Source: a virus. Taken from it: DNA of 64,000 nt. Made by a program: the position numbers and the translations under genes. How positions within the stretch are numbered: position 1 is the stretch's first letter; each line of letters opens with the position of its first letter. Where the stretch lies: IMG/VR virus record IMGVR_UViG_3300031851_000004, positions 1 through 64,000 of that record. The stretch is one strand, 5' to 3'. The notes below the pieces were generated by a model. It searched no databases. It saw only the letters and a program-made list of their open reading frames with translations, and was not told the DNA's origin. This document shows positions 1 through 10,062 of the stretch, piece by piece.

Positions 1-1209
1 GAAAGCCTTTCTTTAGCTTTCCAGAGTGGTGTTTACATTACTGGTGGCGCAGACTTGCATGTAGAAGGTAGGATTTTCGCAGACGAAATCGAATCTCTAG
101 ATTCCATAGTTGGTGAGTCTGGAGCCATGGTTCTTACAGACGGTAGAGATTCTGCATTGTTTGAGGGCCCAGATGAAAGCCTTGCTTTGGCATTCAATAG
201 TGGGGTTTTCATTACGGGCGGAAGTGGGTTGTATATTGATGGCGAGTTATTTATAAGCGGGAAGTCGATAGAATCCTATTTCCCCGCTAACTCCAACAAT
301 AACAACAACAACAGTTCCTTAGTTACTGACCCTGATGTAGTTTACATAACAGGAGCGCAAACGATTCAAGGCGGTAAGAAATTTTTAGAGCCAATCACAG
401 GTAGTTTGTCTGGAGAGGCTCTTTATGTTAAAAGCGGTGTTTACACTAGTGGAGATCAAACAATCAGCGGAAGAAAAGACTTTGAAGGAGATCTTTTTGT
501 TAGCGGTGTGCCTTTTACCGATTATATAAGTCCTAAGTTTTATGAAACTATAAATTCTAATTTTTGGTGGAATTTTAGTACTACAGGCGTTTATTTGCCT
601 ATTGCATCAGCAGGTCACTTTCATTACAAATCACAGGGTAATGCCTCAAAAGATGCCATGGGAGCAACTGCGGTAGAGTCTGGAATGAGAATGGAAAATA
701 TAAAACTAATGAATACCGCTGGTAAAGTTAAAGGAATTACATTTTCAGTAACAAAAACAAATCCCCATGGAATACCTAATCCGCAATTTGATATAATAAG
801 CGGAAAGGCAATTGATTATAATTGTCAATCTATTTCGCCCGAAAGAGTTGATACATTTTATTTTCTTGATGAATTGGGACGAGAATCAATTGAAACTATT
901 GAATCTACGAATTTTTCTTATCCCCAATGGGAAGACACTTACAATATTTACAAAAGTAGAGTTGAAAATGCTCAAATAACATATCCGTGTTGCTACCCAT
1001 TAAACCCTGCTGGTGGAACGCCTGCAAACTATAATTCTCCTCAAAAATATATTTCTTATACTTATGATTTTGTAGAACCTAAACATTTCGAAAAGGGAAC
1101 TTATTTAGCGGTCTTAATGAATAAAGGAGGAGTTACGGGAGTTGAATGTAATCAAGGAGATATAGATCAAGCTATATTTGTATCAATGATTATAGAGAAC
1201 GAAATATAA
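1..1209 (+). CDS. virion/tail-fibre-like repeat protein, 5'-partial
   Basis: Frame is open from base 1. The unit ESLxLAFxSGVxITGG occurs at 1 and 175, and VYxxGxQTIxGxKxF occurs twice (about 337 and 436); such repeats are typical of phage fibre proteins. Confidence 0.6.
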   Translation, partial: ESLSLAFQSGVYITGGADLHVEGRIFADEIESLDSIVGESGAMVLTDGRDSALFEGPDESLALAFNSGVFITGGSGLYIDGELFISGKSIESYFPANSNNNNNNSSLVTDPDVVYITGAQTIQGGKKFLEPITGSLSGEALYVKSGVYTSGDQTISGRKDFEGDLFVSGVPFTDYISPKFYETINSNFWWNFSTTGVYLPIASAGHFHYKSQGNASKDAMGATAVESGMRMENIKLMNTAGKVKGITFSVTKTNPHGIPNPQFDIISGKAIDYNCQSISPERVDTFYFLDELGRESIETIESTNFSYPQWEDTYNIYKSRVENAQITYPCCYPLNPAGGTPANYNSPQKYISYTYDFVEPKHFEKGTYLAVLMNKGGVTGVECNQGDIDQAIFVSMIIENEI

Positions 1210-1219
1210 ACAAAAAAAT

Positions 1220-1573
1220 CTAAAATATTTTTTTAACTAATCCGTAAAAAATAAAAGATACTAAAGGCCAAGAAAACATTGCGCACGGAATTATAAGAGG
1301 TGAGCATGTTGTAGTTAGAAAAATAATTAAAGACACTATCCAAGATAAGTGTGTCGATAAACATAGAGGACAGGCTAAAAGTTCTCCAATATAACCGTAG
1401 TTTAAAAGTAAATGATCTTCGAGATCTTCTGTTGTGTAAATTTCAGGCTTATTTTTTTTAAAAAATATAAAAAACTTAAAGAAGTGAACTGATATGTTGG
1501 TAAACTTCCAGACGACTATTAAGTTAGAAACTATGACAGCTCCTAAAATATAATAAATAGCCTCCTCAATCAT
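1220..1573 (-). CDS. small membrane protein, DUF1360-like
   Basis: Hydrophobic helices plus the motif GELLACPLCLSTH. Confidence 0.55.
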   Translation of the reverse strand: MIEEAIYYILGAVIVSNLIVVWKFTNISVHFFKFFIFFKKNKPEIYTTEDLEDHLLLNYGYIGELLACPLCLSTHLSWIVSLIIFLTTTCSPLIIPCAMFSWPLVSFIFYGLVKKIF

Positions 1574-1781
1574 CCATTATGTTTCTCCAGACTATTGGTC
1601 TGTATTTTTGAAATACAGCTTTTTTCCTACAAGAAGAACATCCTCCTGGAACATTCATATCTTTATTGAAATTTTCCTTTATGGCTTCGCAGTCTTTTAT
1701 TTTTTTTCCTAATTTATCTTCGCATATATTTGGCCTCAACAAAAAGGCAGAAATTATTTCTTCTCTTTGGAAAGCTTCCAT
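1566..1781 (-). CDS. hypothetical protein with CxxC
   Basis: GGCSSC motif; closely packed between co-oriented neighbours. Confidence 0.6.
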   Translation of the reverse strand: MEAFQREEIISAFLLRPNICEDKLGKKIKDCEAIKENFNKDMNVPGGCSSCRKKAVFQKYRPIVWRNIMDD

Positions 1782-1782
1782 A

Positions 1783-2163
1783 TTACAATTCTATTTTCCA
1801 ATTCTTAGTTTCCACAGTTTTAGGCTTGTCTTTTGGGTGTTTAGCTCCCCCTCTTTTTTTAGAATATTCTTTAAAGTATTTTTGTTTTATGGGGTCAACT
1901 CCTCCATTTTGATCTGCTCTTTTTTCTGAAAGCTCAGCGCTTCTATCCATCCTATCCCCAACAGTATCCTTGTCAGATGACTTTGACACAAAATCATTAG
2001 AGCTCCAGGGGTCAAAAGAACCAACAGTATTTAACTGGGAAGTCGTGAATTCTCTTTGCCACTTCAAGCCATCTTCATCTATATAAATATGTTCATCATT
2101 CATCGACTGGAAAACCTCAATCAAGTCTTCTGTAACTGGATTTTTGTAAATGTATATTGGCAT
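1783..2163 (-). CDS. FmdB-like zinc-ribbon-family protein lacking the cysteines
   Basis: N-terminus MPIYIYKNPVTEDLIEVFQSMND follows the MPIYxYxCxxCGxxFE pattern with the Cys residues replaced. Confidence 0.55.
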   Translation of the reverse strand: MPIYIYKNPVTEDLIEVFQSMNDEHIYIDEDGLKWQREFTTSQLNTVGSFDPWSSNDFVSKSSDKDTVGDRMDRSAELSEKRADQNGGVDPIKQKYFKEYSKKRGGAKHPKDKPKTVETKNWKIEL

Positions 2164-2172
2164 CTGTACTAG

Positions 2173-2178
2173 TTACAC
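2173..2178 (-). promoter_or_regulatory. GTGTAA motif 9 nt upstream of ATG (putative phage promoter)
   Basis: Reverse complement reads GGTGTAActagtacagATG; the motif recurs before four other starts. Confidence 0.5.
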
Positions 2179-2183
2179 CTAAA

Positions 2184-3269
2184 CTACATAGAGATTATTT
2201 TCAAAATAGAATCTACAGTTTTGCTATAAGTAAATTCGTCTTTTAATTTAGCTCCTTCAATATTGTATTCTTTGCTAACTTCTTCTGCTTTTGTAAAAGA
2301 TTTTAAAATTTCTTCTTCTGTAATAGTGTTTATCTCTCCTTGATTTATTGGCGAGTTTTTATTAAAAAACACCCCGTCTTCGGCTGATTCTTTTCCAGAA
2401 GGTTCGACTAATATAGAATTGCTATTATTGGCCCAGTCTTTGTGCGAAGTACAATTCATGACTATGCTCCACTTACCTAAGCAAGTCGCATTGAATGCTG
2501 GAAGGTTCCATCCTTCTGCACCACTAAGTCCAGACAAGTCAATATCAATAGCATTTAGTACCTCATTAACTTCGGAGTTTGTCTTAAGCCTTGGAAGGAA
2601 ATTTATATTACCATAAACCTTGCCTTCTAAGGTTTGACCTATAATATTATTCATTTGATCTTGCTTAAAGAATGGGTTTAAAACACAGCATGTTAATTGA
2701 TAGTCAGGGTTATTTCCATATTTTTTAGCCCAAGCTTTTATAACTTTCCCAGTATGCTTTCTTTTTTCCCATTTACCTATAATCCCAAAATGGGTTTTAT
2801 TATTTAAATACTGTTTTTTTGTATCAAAAAAATCTTCATCAAACCCTAATGGCACAGAATGGACATTTTCGCAATTGACACTTTCAAAACATTTTCTAGC
2901 ATGAGAACTACTAAAAATTACTTTATCATGCATGTCGCATGTATTTTTTTCAGTAAAAGTTGGGTTGTCTAATTCATAAAAAGAATAAAGGAAACTTCTA
3001 GCAGAAGGGGTGGACTCGCTCCCACTTATATGCCATAAAGATAGACAAGGCGTATCTTTCTTCATAGAGGTAAGTCTATTATTAATAGAACTTTCAATCC
3101 AAGATTTAAAATCTTTATCTATTTTATCGAATGCAGACAGCTCAACCTGATCGCCTATCGGAAAAATTGATGTTTTTATTTCTTTTTTGTATAACTCTCT
3201 AGCTATATTATAGGAAACATTCCCGAAAGAGAGCGAATTAAAAGGTGCTTTTAGAATTATTTTATTCAT
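2184..3269 (-). CDS. glycosyltransferase, GT-B/GT4-like
   Basis: VPLGFD, GKWEKRK and SGAEGWNLP (ExF/WGLP-type) motifs. Confidence 0.8.
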   Translation of the reverse strand: MNKIILKAPFNSLSFGNVSYNIARELYKKEIKTSIFPIGDQVELSAFDKIDKDFKSWIESSINNRLTSMKKDTPCLSLWHISGSESTPSARSFLYSFYELDNPTFTEKNTCDMHDKVIFSSSHARKCFESVNCENVHSVPLGFDEDFFDTKKQYLNNKTHFGIIGKWEKRKHTGKVIKAWAKKYGNNPDYQLTCCVLNPFFKQDQMNNIIGQTLEGKVYGNINFLPRLKTNSEVNEVLNAIDIDLSGLSGAEGWNLPAFNATCLGKWSIVMNCTSHKDWANNSNSILVEPSGKESAEDGVFFNKNSPINQGEINTITEEEILKSFTKAEEVSKEYNIEGAKLKDEFTYSKTVDSILKIISM

Positions 3270-3283
3270 TTTATTATATTAAT

Positions 3284-3685
3284 TTACCAAGGTATATCTT
3301 CAAGTTCTTTTTGCAACTCAGCATCATCTTTCATTATTTCAGAAACATTATGCTGCTTGCTTGAAGATTGAACTCCTTCGTTTGGGTTTTTAGATTTAAT
3401 GCTTTTGAAAAAATCACAGACACAGATCAATTTACTCCTACTAAATCCGTTTTTATCTTTCCATGAAGATGTTTTCATTTTTCCTTCAATAAAAATTAAA
3501 GAACCTTTTTGTAGAAAATTGTTTGCATTATCTGCGACCTTATCCCAGCATTCTACCTCAACCCAAGTAGTATCCTTTCCGTAATTTATTCCTATTGAGA
3601 ATGTTGTTTTTGCTTTACCCGAATCAAACTTTTTGTATTCTGGGTTTGACGATAAGTAACCTAACGCAAGATATCTATTGACCAT
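3284..3685 (-). CDS. ssb: single-stranded DNA-binding protein
   Basis: OB-fold pattern LGYL..PE, WxEVECW, KGSLIFIEG..W.DKNG; acidic tail LEDIPW. Confidence 0.92.
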   Translation of the reverse strand: MVNRYLALGYLSSNPEYKKFDSGKAKTTFSIGINYGKDTTWVEVECWDKVADNANNFLQKGSLIFIEGKMKTSSWKDKNGFSRSKLICVCDFFKSIKSKNPNEGVQSSSKQHNVSEIMKDDAELQKELEDIPW

Positions 3686-3688
3686 GAT

Positions 3689-4261
3689 TTATATTATGTT
3701 TTTGTTTTTTATTTTTTTAATGAATCGATTATGTATATTTATGCATCCTTGAATGCTCATGTTTAATTCATTACTGATTTTTTTCCAAGAAGAAGTTTTG
3801 TCGTCATCAGCATCAAAGTATCTCATAGAGAATATTTTAGCAACCCTTAAATCTTCTTCCTGTCTAAGTTCGTCTCTGATTTGATTTAAAGTCTCTGATT
3901 TTATAATCCCTGGTATTAATGAATCAAGAGATTTTTGAGGGTTGAAGTCGTTTAAATTTAAATTACGCTCTATCATTTTCTCCCTATTGAAGAAATTCAA
4001 ACAAATCCATCTAGCTTTGCAACCCAAGTAAGATGAAAATTTTATGCTTTTATCAAATTTGAATTCGATTGCAGCAAAATACACGTGGTAAGAGCATTCG
4101 CTTATTAGTTCTTGCTTCTTCTCTTCGTGTCTCCCGTTTTGAAAATGGTTGTGAATTATTTTATAATAAACCCCAGAGTATAAATCGTAAAGGGTTCTTA
4201 GGCTTTGATCTACATTTACATTGTCTTTTATGTTTTGTATCAACTTTCTATCCCCATTCAT
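3689..4261 (-). CDS. compact RNA polymerase sigma factor (regions 2 and 4)
   Basis: Region 2-like FKFDKSIKFSSYL..KARW; region 4 HTH IFSMRYF...SWKKISNELNMSIQGCINIHNRFIKKIK. Confidence 0.75.
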   Translation of the reverse strand: MNGDRKLIQNIKDNVNVDQSLRTLYDLYSGVYYKIIHNHFQNGRHEEKKQELISECSYHVYFAAIEFKFDKSIKFSSYLGCKARWICLNFFNREKMIERNLNLNDFNPQKSLDSLIPGIIKSETLNQIRDELRQEEDLRVAKIFSMRYFDADDDKTSSWKKISNELNMSIQGCINIHNRFIKKIKNKNII

Positions 4262-4800
4262 TGTAAAATATTTTTCTCCCTCAAAAACTTTTCAACAATT
4301 AATGCTGGATCTTGATTTTGATCGAAATCACTCCATTTGAAATTGTAATCGCTCTCTTTTTTAATAATTGGGTCATTCTCTTTTTCTTCCAAATTCGGGG
4401 GTTCATTACCCTCTCTTTCTACATGAATACAAAACCCGCCCATTTCTTTTATTTTTAAAACTTCGTTGGGGAACCTTACATCAGTTATGAATAAATTATA
4501 ATCATGACTGTTTCTGTTTACTTCTTTTTCTATTTTATTTATCCAATACAAACCATTAGAAATTAATCTTTTTTGCATTCCATATGCTACAAGAATAGGT
4601 CTTATTATTTTCTTCTCCTCTACATCTTCAGTGAAAGACCCAATTCCAAAACTCGACCTCAAAAAGTTATCTAGTTCTTTTTTGAGTTCGTCAGCAAAAG
4701 CTACCCTAATGTTAGGTTTTTCATTTAATTTTAAATATTCAAGAAAATTAAAGAAAGAATCTTTCCCACTCCTAGCTAACCCTGCAATTCCTACTATCAT
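4258..4800 (-). CDS. deoxynucleoside monophosphate kinase (phage type)
   Basis: GIAGLARSGKDS P-loop, FADELK and ITDVRFPNE motifs. Confidence 0.85.
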   Translation of the reverse strand: MIVGIAGLARSGKDSFFNFLEYLKLNEKPNIRVAFADELKKELDNFLRSSFGIGSFTEDVEEKKIIRPILVAYGMQKRLISNGLYWINKIEKEVNRNSHDYNLFITDVRFPNEVLKIKEMGGFCIHVEREGNEPPNLEEKENDPIIKKESDYNFKWSDFDQNQDPALIVEKFLREKNILQ

Positions 4801-5336
4801 AGTCCTGTGCTTCCAAACCCTCCTTTATTTCTTTTAGATTTTTTCAAGTCTTTGTTTAAGAAAATTTTTGGATGCAAGTGGTTTGTGAAAATTAATTGAG
4901 CTATCTTGTCTCCTTTTTTGTATATCTTAGACTCATCTATTCCTATAAGTAAATTTTGCCCTTCCTTCATAATGTAATAATTTTCTGGTTGCGGAATATA
5001 TTTAAATCTTACTTTTATAGTGTCTCTATATCCAGAATCTATAACACCTACAGAATTGCATATTGAAAGATTGTAGTTGCTTATGCTTGATCTTGGAAAT
5101 AATAAAGAATAAAATTCATATTCTAGAAATTCATCTTGACTTGGTTCTATAGATAAATTAGTATCGTATTCTATGTAAGATATATTTTTGTATAAATTCT
5201 CAATATACATATCTCCGCACACTTTTGGAGCACTAGCAGCAATCAGATCATAACCAGCATCCCCAGGGTTTTGTGGTGTCTTTATTTCCCCTTTTCTCAT
5301 GTAGGAAACAGATGAATTATTTATATTAAGCCTCAT
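4797..5336 (-). CDS. dut: dUTPase (trimeric)
   Basis: GDAGYDL, PRSS, NSVGVIDSGYR, GDKIAQL and RxxGGFGSTG motifs. Confidence 0.95.
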   Translation of the reverse strand: MRLNINNSSVSYMRKGEIKTPQNPGDAGYDLIAASAPKVCGDMYIENLYKNISYIEYDTNLSIEPSQDEFLEYEFYSLLFPRSSISNYNLSICNSVGVIDSGYRDTIKVRFKYIPQPENYYIMKEGQNLLIGIDESKIYKKGDKIAQLIFTNHLHPKIFLNKDLKKSKRNKGGFGSTGL

Positions 5337-5639
5337 TTAATCCATCAAATCTATTATTTTCGAATACTTCTTCGAGAGATCATGCATTCCCGCATCAGCC
5401 AACACATCAGGTGTTAAAAAAGTATACGTATCATCCAAAAACTTTACTTCCTTGAAAGACTTACTTATATTCATAACACAAAGAGTAGGTGATAAATTTA
5501 AATCTTTCCCATATTCTAAACTAGCTTTTTCTATAGAAATAGCCGCTGCATCAGATTCATCTGATGCTGCGACAACGGATTCCCAGTTGGCACATGTTAC
5601 AAAAAAGATTTGTGTCTCCTTGTTTAGTTTCCTTAGCAT
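5337..5639 (-). CDS. hypothetical protein
   Basis: Abuts dut; first gene after a good promoter. Confidence 0.65.
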   Translation of the reverse strand: MLRKLNKETQIFFVTCANWESVVAASDESDAAAISIEKASLEYGKDLNLSPTLCVMNISKSFKEVKFLDDTYTFLTPDVLADAGMHDLSKKYSKIIDLMD

Positions 5640-5644
5640 GACCT

Positions 5645-5673
5645 ACATTAACCTTCAAAGTAGAAAAACTCAA
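5645..5673 (-). promoter_or_regulatory. sigma70-like promoter, probably leaderless
   Basis: TTGAGT-N17-TAATGT-N5-ATG on the minus strand. Confidence 0.55.
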
Positions 5674-5760
5674 GCATATTTATTATTTATATATTTTATG
5701 GATTATATTGATAATATAACATTTAAATTTAATTATAATATATAATATATATAATATATA

Positions 5761-6651
5761 ATGCAAAATGAAAAAAATATCTGTCTAATCGATGATTCTG
5801 TTTCGGGTGTTGGTGGAACCAGTTTGACCTTAGATGCAATCATAGAGCCTCAAAAACAAAGGGTTGATGTTCGATCAACATTGGATTTTTCGTTAAAAGA
5901 TGTTTTCGGCTATGATTTTTTTGTATTAGGAAACACTTTGAGTTTTAATCAAAACTCATTCGACGCCATCAAAATGATGATGGATGAAGATAAAAGTTTT
6001 GTTAAAATAGAGTTCGACTATGGTTACTGTCAATACAGGGGAATTATTCCTCATAAAATTTTAGGAGGGGCTGATTGCAATTGCCCTAGTTCTGGTTCGA
6101 GTAACCATTTAACTGAAATCTATAAAAAAATAAGAACTCAAGCTGAGCATATTTTTTATATGTCCCAAGGTCAAATGGATATACACGACAAGCATTTAAT
6201 CGATTTTCCAAAGATCAAAAAGAGTGTTTTATCTTCTTGCTTTACTTCAGATACTTTGTTAAAGTTCAAATCATTAAGAAAAAAAAATAAAAATAGTAAA
6301 TATGCAATAATAGATGGCAACGGAGGGTGGCATACAGAAGCAAAGGGAATATCTCAAAGCATCAAGCATGCAGAAAAAAATAATTTAGAATACGATTTAA
6401 TAAAAACAAAAACTCACGAAGAGATGCTTAATATTTTATCCAACTACAAAGGCTTAATAACTTTACCAATCATACACGACACATGCCCAAGGATAACATT
6501 AGAAGCCAGGTACATGGGGCTAGAAGTTATCACGAACGAGTTCTCTCAACACATAACTGAAGATTGGTGGAAAGGCAGCGATACCAAGGCTTTGGATTTT
6601 ACAAAATCTAGACCTAATTACTTCTGGAATAAATTGAAATGCTTAAAATAA
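5761..6651 (+). CDS. glycosyltransferase, GT-B-like, with a Cys/His-rich insert
   Basis: GGTS N-terminal loop; DTCPRITLEARYMGLEVI GT4-like motif; insert YCQYR..H...CNC. Confidence 0.65.
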   Translation: MQNEKNICLIDDSVSGVGGTSLTLDAIIEPQKQRVDVRSTLDFSLKDVFGYDFFVLGNTLSFNQNSFDAIKMMMDEDKSFVKIEFDYGYCQYRGIIPHKILGGADCNCPSSGSSNHLTEIYKKIRTQAEHIFYMSQGQMDIHDKHLIDFPKIKKSVLSSCFTSDTLLKFKSLRKKNKNSKYAIIDGNGGWHTEAKGISQSIKHAEKNNLEYDLIKTKTHEEMLNILSNYKGLITLPIIHDTCPRITLEARYMGLEVITNEFSQHITEDWWKGSDTKALDFTKSRPNYFWNKLKCLK

Positions 6652-7373
6652 TAATTCCTTGCTCTGGAGATAAGTCTAAAAATTTAAAAGACTTAGTGGC
6701 TAGTATAGATTCTCAAATATTTGCTCCTAATGTTGAATGTTTTTTTCTTGAAGATGAAATATCAAAAAATTTTAGATTAAAATTGGAAAAGTTGTGCGGA
6801 GATACGAATAATAAATTTTTAGTAGAAAACAATTATGGAAAAAGGCTTTATGGGTTGTTTAATATATGTAGATTTTTAGATACTTGCGATTTTTCTAAAG
6901 AAAAAAATGATACAATTATTGGAATAATAGATTGCGATGACCAACTATGGGGAAATGACTGTTTTAGTAATATTAAAAATCAATATGATTTGGGTTTTGA
7001 TTGTGTCTGGACGAACAACGAGTTAAAGGGAGTTGGTGTTAGTTTTTCTGCCCCTCTTGCGGATAATGCAGACGTATATACTCACCCTTGGGTTTCTAGT
7101 CATTTTAAAACATTTAAGCTTTCTGACTACAAAGACATACCAAAATCTAACTTTAAAGGAGAAGATGGAAATTACTTTAAAGCTTGCTATGATCAGGCAT
7201 TAATGCTGCCAATACTTCATAACATAATAAAAAGAAAGGGGAAAACTAAATTTATAGACAAAATACATTACATATACAATGGTGATCTAAATCCAGACGA
7301 ATCTTCTGAGTACAGGAAAAACCAGTTATACAATGAACATTATATTAGATCGAGGGGATATTTAAATGAGTGA
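6639..7373 (+). CDS. glycosyltransferase GT2-like
   Basis: IIIPC start, DCDD (DxD) motif, DQALMLP..YIYN. Confidence 0.75.
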   Translation: MLKIIIPCSGDKSKNLKDLVASIDSQIFAPNVECFFLEDEISKNFRLKLEKLCGDTNNKFLVENNYGKRLYGLFNICRFLDTCDFSKEKNDTIIGIIDCDDQLWGNDCFSNIKNQYDLGFDCVWTNNELKGVGVSFSAPLADNADVYTHPWVSSHFKTFKLSDYKDIPKSNFKGEDGNYFKACYDQALMLPILHNIIKRKGKTKFIDKIHYIYNGDLNPDESSEYRKNQLYNEHYIRSRGYLNE

Positions 7374-8277
7374 TTTTTTTATAAACAATTATTCTAACAC
7401 CGATGGTCCTTCTATCTTTTCAAATAGATTAAAAATTGAATTAGAAAAACAAAATTATATTTTTGATTTAAACTCAAAAAATAGATTATCGATAACTACA
7501 GGTGAGCATAAAGAAGGAGCTAATAACATTCTTAGGTTAGATGGTTTGTATTTAGATTCAGGTAATACTTTGGGAGATACAGATACTCTTAATCAACCTA
7601 TATTTGAATGTTACAATAAATTTGATCGTATAGTATTTCAATCAGAGTATGCTAAGAAAGTTTACGAAGCTTTTACCGATAAAGAAAAACCTAATAAGAT
7701 TATTTACAATGGGGTACAAGATTTATTTTTTGACAACGATGAGAGTATAGATAAACCAGAAGGCTTCGACAAAGTTATCATAGCATCTTCAAAATGGAGG
7801 AGACACAAAAGAATCGAAGAATGCATAGAAGCCTTCAAGGATAAAAGACTAAAAAATATCGCTCTTGTAATATTAGGTGGATACAGAAACGTTGATATGA
7901 AGAATGTGTTCACCTTGCCAATGATTCCCCCCTCAGACTTGCCTATGTATTACAAAATGGCTGATGCTATGATACATATATCATGGCTTGATTGTTGTCC
8001 AAACTCTGTAGTTGAGGCTTTAGCTTGTAAACTTCCTGTCATATGTAGTCATAATGGAGGAACTCCAGAGTTGGTGAAAGGTGATGGAATTGTCCTACAA
8101 CTTGAAGAAGACTACAAGTACGGAGAAAAAGTCGATTTATATAACCCACCTAAAGTTGATATTGAAACTATAATATCTGGGATTTTAAAATGCTTAGAGA
8201 TAGGACCAATAGAAACGAGAAATGATCTGAGAATATCTACAGCATCAAAGCAATATTCTGAGCTTTTTACATATTGA
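7366..8277 (+). CDS. glycosyltransferase GT4
   Basis: IIYNGV, RHKR and DCCPNSVVEALACKLPVI..GGTPE motifs. Confidence 0.88.
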   Translation: MSDFFINNYSNTDGPSIFSNRLKIELEKQNYIFDLNSKNRLSITTGEHKEGANNILRLDGLYLDSGNTLGDTDTLNQPIFECYNKFDRIVFQSEYAKKVYEAFTDKEKPNKIIYNGVQDLFFDNDESIDKPEGFDKVIIASSKWRRHKRIEECIEAFKDKRLKNIALVILGGYRNVDMKNVFTLPMIPPSDLPMYYKMADAMIHISWLDCCPNSVVEALACKLPVICSHNGGTPELVKGDGIVLQLEEDYKYGEKVDLYNPPKVDIETIISGILKCLEIGPIETRNDLRISTASKQYSELFTY

Positions 8278-9173
8278 TGAAGATTTTTATAAATAATCCT
8301 GGGGAAGATTGGATCTGCGACAGAATTAGGTCAGAGTTTATAGAAAACAATAAAGATATTTGTGTCTCTTTTATTGAAGAAGCTGATACTGTTTGGGTTA
8401 TATCTCCATGGATGTTTCAAGATTATGAAAAGCTAAAAGGAAAGAAATCTATTTTTTCTATTTATCATATAGTTCCTAGTAAATTTGATAAACAGAATTT
8501 TGAATTAATAAATTTTTTCGCAACATCTATTCATACAATATGCGATTCTACTAAAGAATTCTTAAAAGACCATACTGAAAAACCCATAAGCACGATTCCT
8601 TTTTGGGTTAATCAAGAAATATGGAAAAATTTGGATAAAAAAAAATGCAGAGAAGAGTTGAACCTTCCTGTTGATAAATACATTGTAGGTTCTTTCCAAA
8701 GAGATACTGAAGGTCACGATTTAATTTCGCCTAAATTAGAAAAAGGTCCAGATCAATTTTGTGATATTGTAGAGTCGATCTACAATAAAAACAAAAATAC
8801 TCATGTTTTACTTGGTGGATGGAGAAGGCAGTATATAATATCTAGGCTTGAGTCAAAGAACATACCTTTTACTTATTTCGAAAAACCTGATTTTGATTTT
8901 GTAAATAAAATGTATAACAGTTTGGATTTATATGTTGTTTCGTCTAGAAACGAAGGTGGTCCTCAATCTATACCAGAAAGTTGTATAACCAAAACGCCAA
9001 TTATATCAACAGATGTTGGGTGTGCTAAAATTTTTTTAAACAAAAGCTCAATTTATACTTTTCCAGACTTCGAGTCAGCTTCTCCAGATGTCGAGCATGG
9101 ATCCACAATAGTTCAAGATTATTTAATCCCCAAAGGGTTTGAATCTTTTCATAAAATGTTTAATGAAAGTTAG
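8277..9173 (+). CDS. glycosyltransferase GT4
   Basis: EKGPD and SSRNEGGPQSIPE...PIISTDVG motifs. Confidence 0.85.
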   Translation: MKIFINNPGEDWICDRIRSEFIENNKDICVSFIEEADTVWVISPWMFQDYEKLKGKKSIFSIYHIVPSKFDKQNFELINFFATSIHTICDSTKEFLKDHTEKPISTIPFWVNQEIWKNLDKKKCREELNLPVDKYIVGSFQRDTEGHDLISPKLEKGPDQFCDIVESIYNKNKNTHVLLGGWRRQYIISRLESKNIPFTYFEKPDFDFVNKMYNSLDLYVVSSRNEGGPQSIPESCITKTPIISTDVGCAKIFLNKSSIYTFPDFESASPDVEHGSTIVQDYLIPKGFESFHKMFNES

Positions 9174-10062
9174 TATCCTATATCCATTTGTTAATGCTGC
9201 TCATGGAGGAGGCAATCAATTTCTAAAAGCCTTACGAGATCAATTTGTTAATGCTAACATATATTCAGAAAACCCAGAAGATTCAAATGTTATTTTATTC
9301 AATGCTCACCAAGAAGCTGAAAAGGTAATAAAATTAAAACAGCTTTACCCAGACAAGTTGTTTGTACACAGGATGGATGGGCTGTACAAGCTATATAATC
9401 ATCCAGATGATTCGAGGCAAGATATAAGTTTGTACGTTAACGGGTTAGCTGACTGTACTATATTTCAAACAAAATGGGCTCTAGATGAGTACAAAAAAGT
9501 AGGATTTAATATTAAAAAACCTCATGAGGTAATAACAAATGCTCCAAATTGTAATATATTTAAACCTTCTAAAAACAAATCTTATTGCAGAAAAACTAGG
9601 CTCGTTTGCACTTCTTGGTCTATAAATAAAAACAAGGGTTTTGACTATTATGAATACTTGGATTACAATTTAAATTTCTCAAAATATAGTTTTACTTATA
9701 TTGGCAATGATCCAGGCATAAATTTTAAAAACATAAGAAAGCTTGATCCGCTTGATTCCAACGGGTTATCAAGAGAATTAGTCAATCATGATATTTTCAT
9801 TACAGCCAGCAAATATGAATGTTGCTCAAATTCCCTATTGGAAGCAATGTCATGCGGTCTTCCAGCAATTGGTTTAAACAGTGGGGGCACTCCAGAAATA
9901 ATAAATGATGGAGGGGAGTTATTCGATTCCAAACCAGATCTTTTAGAAAAAATAGAGAAGGTCTCTAAAAAACTTTTTTCTTACTCTGAGAAAGTTTCTG
10001 TAAAATCCATATCAGAAGTCTATAACGATTACTTGAATTTTATAAAATCTAATCTTGGTTGA
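9163..10062 (+). CDS. glycosyltransferase GT4
   Basis: GGGNQF, NKG and ECCSNSLLEAMSCGLP..SGGTPE; ATG 9163 preferred over TTG 9139. Confidence 0.88.
   Translation: MKVSILYPFVNAAHGGGNQFLKALRDQFVNANIYSENPEDSNVILFNAHQEAEKVIKLKQLYPDKLFVHRMDGLYKLYNHPDDSRQDISLYVNGLADCTIFQTKWALDEYKKVGFNIKKPHEVITNAPNCNIFKPSKNKSYCRKTRLVCTSWSINKNKGFDYYEYLDYNLNFSKYSFTYIGNDPGINFKNIRKLDPLDSNGLSRELVNHDIFITASKYECCSNSLLEAMSCGLPAIGLNSGGTPEIINDGGELFDSKPDLLEKIEKVSKKLFSYSEKVSVKSISEVYNDYLNFIKSNLG

Noticed and set aside
289-315. AAC-rich tract as a DGR template repeat
   Set aside because: Short poly-Asn linker; no reverse transcriptase and no matching variable repeat in the window.
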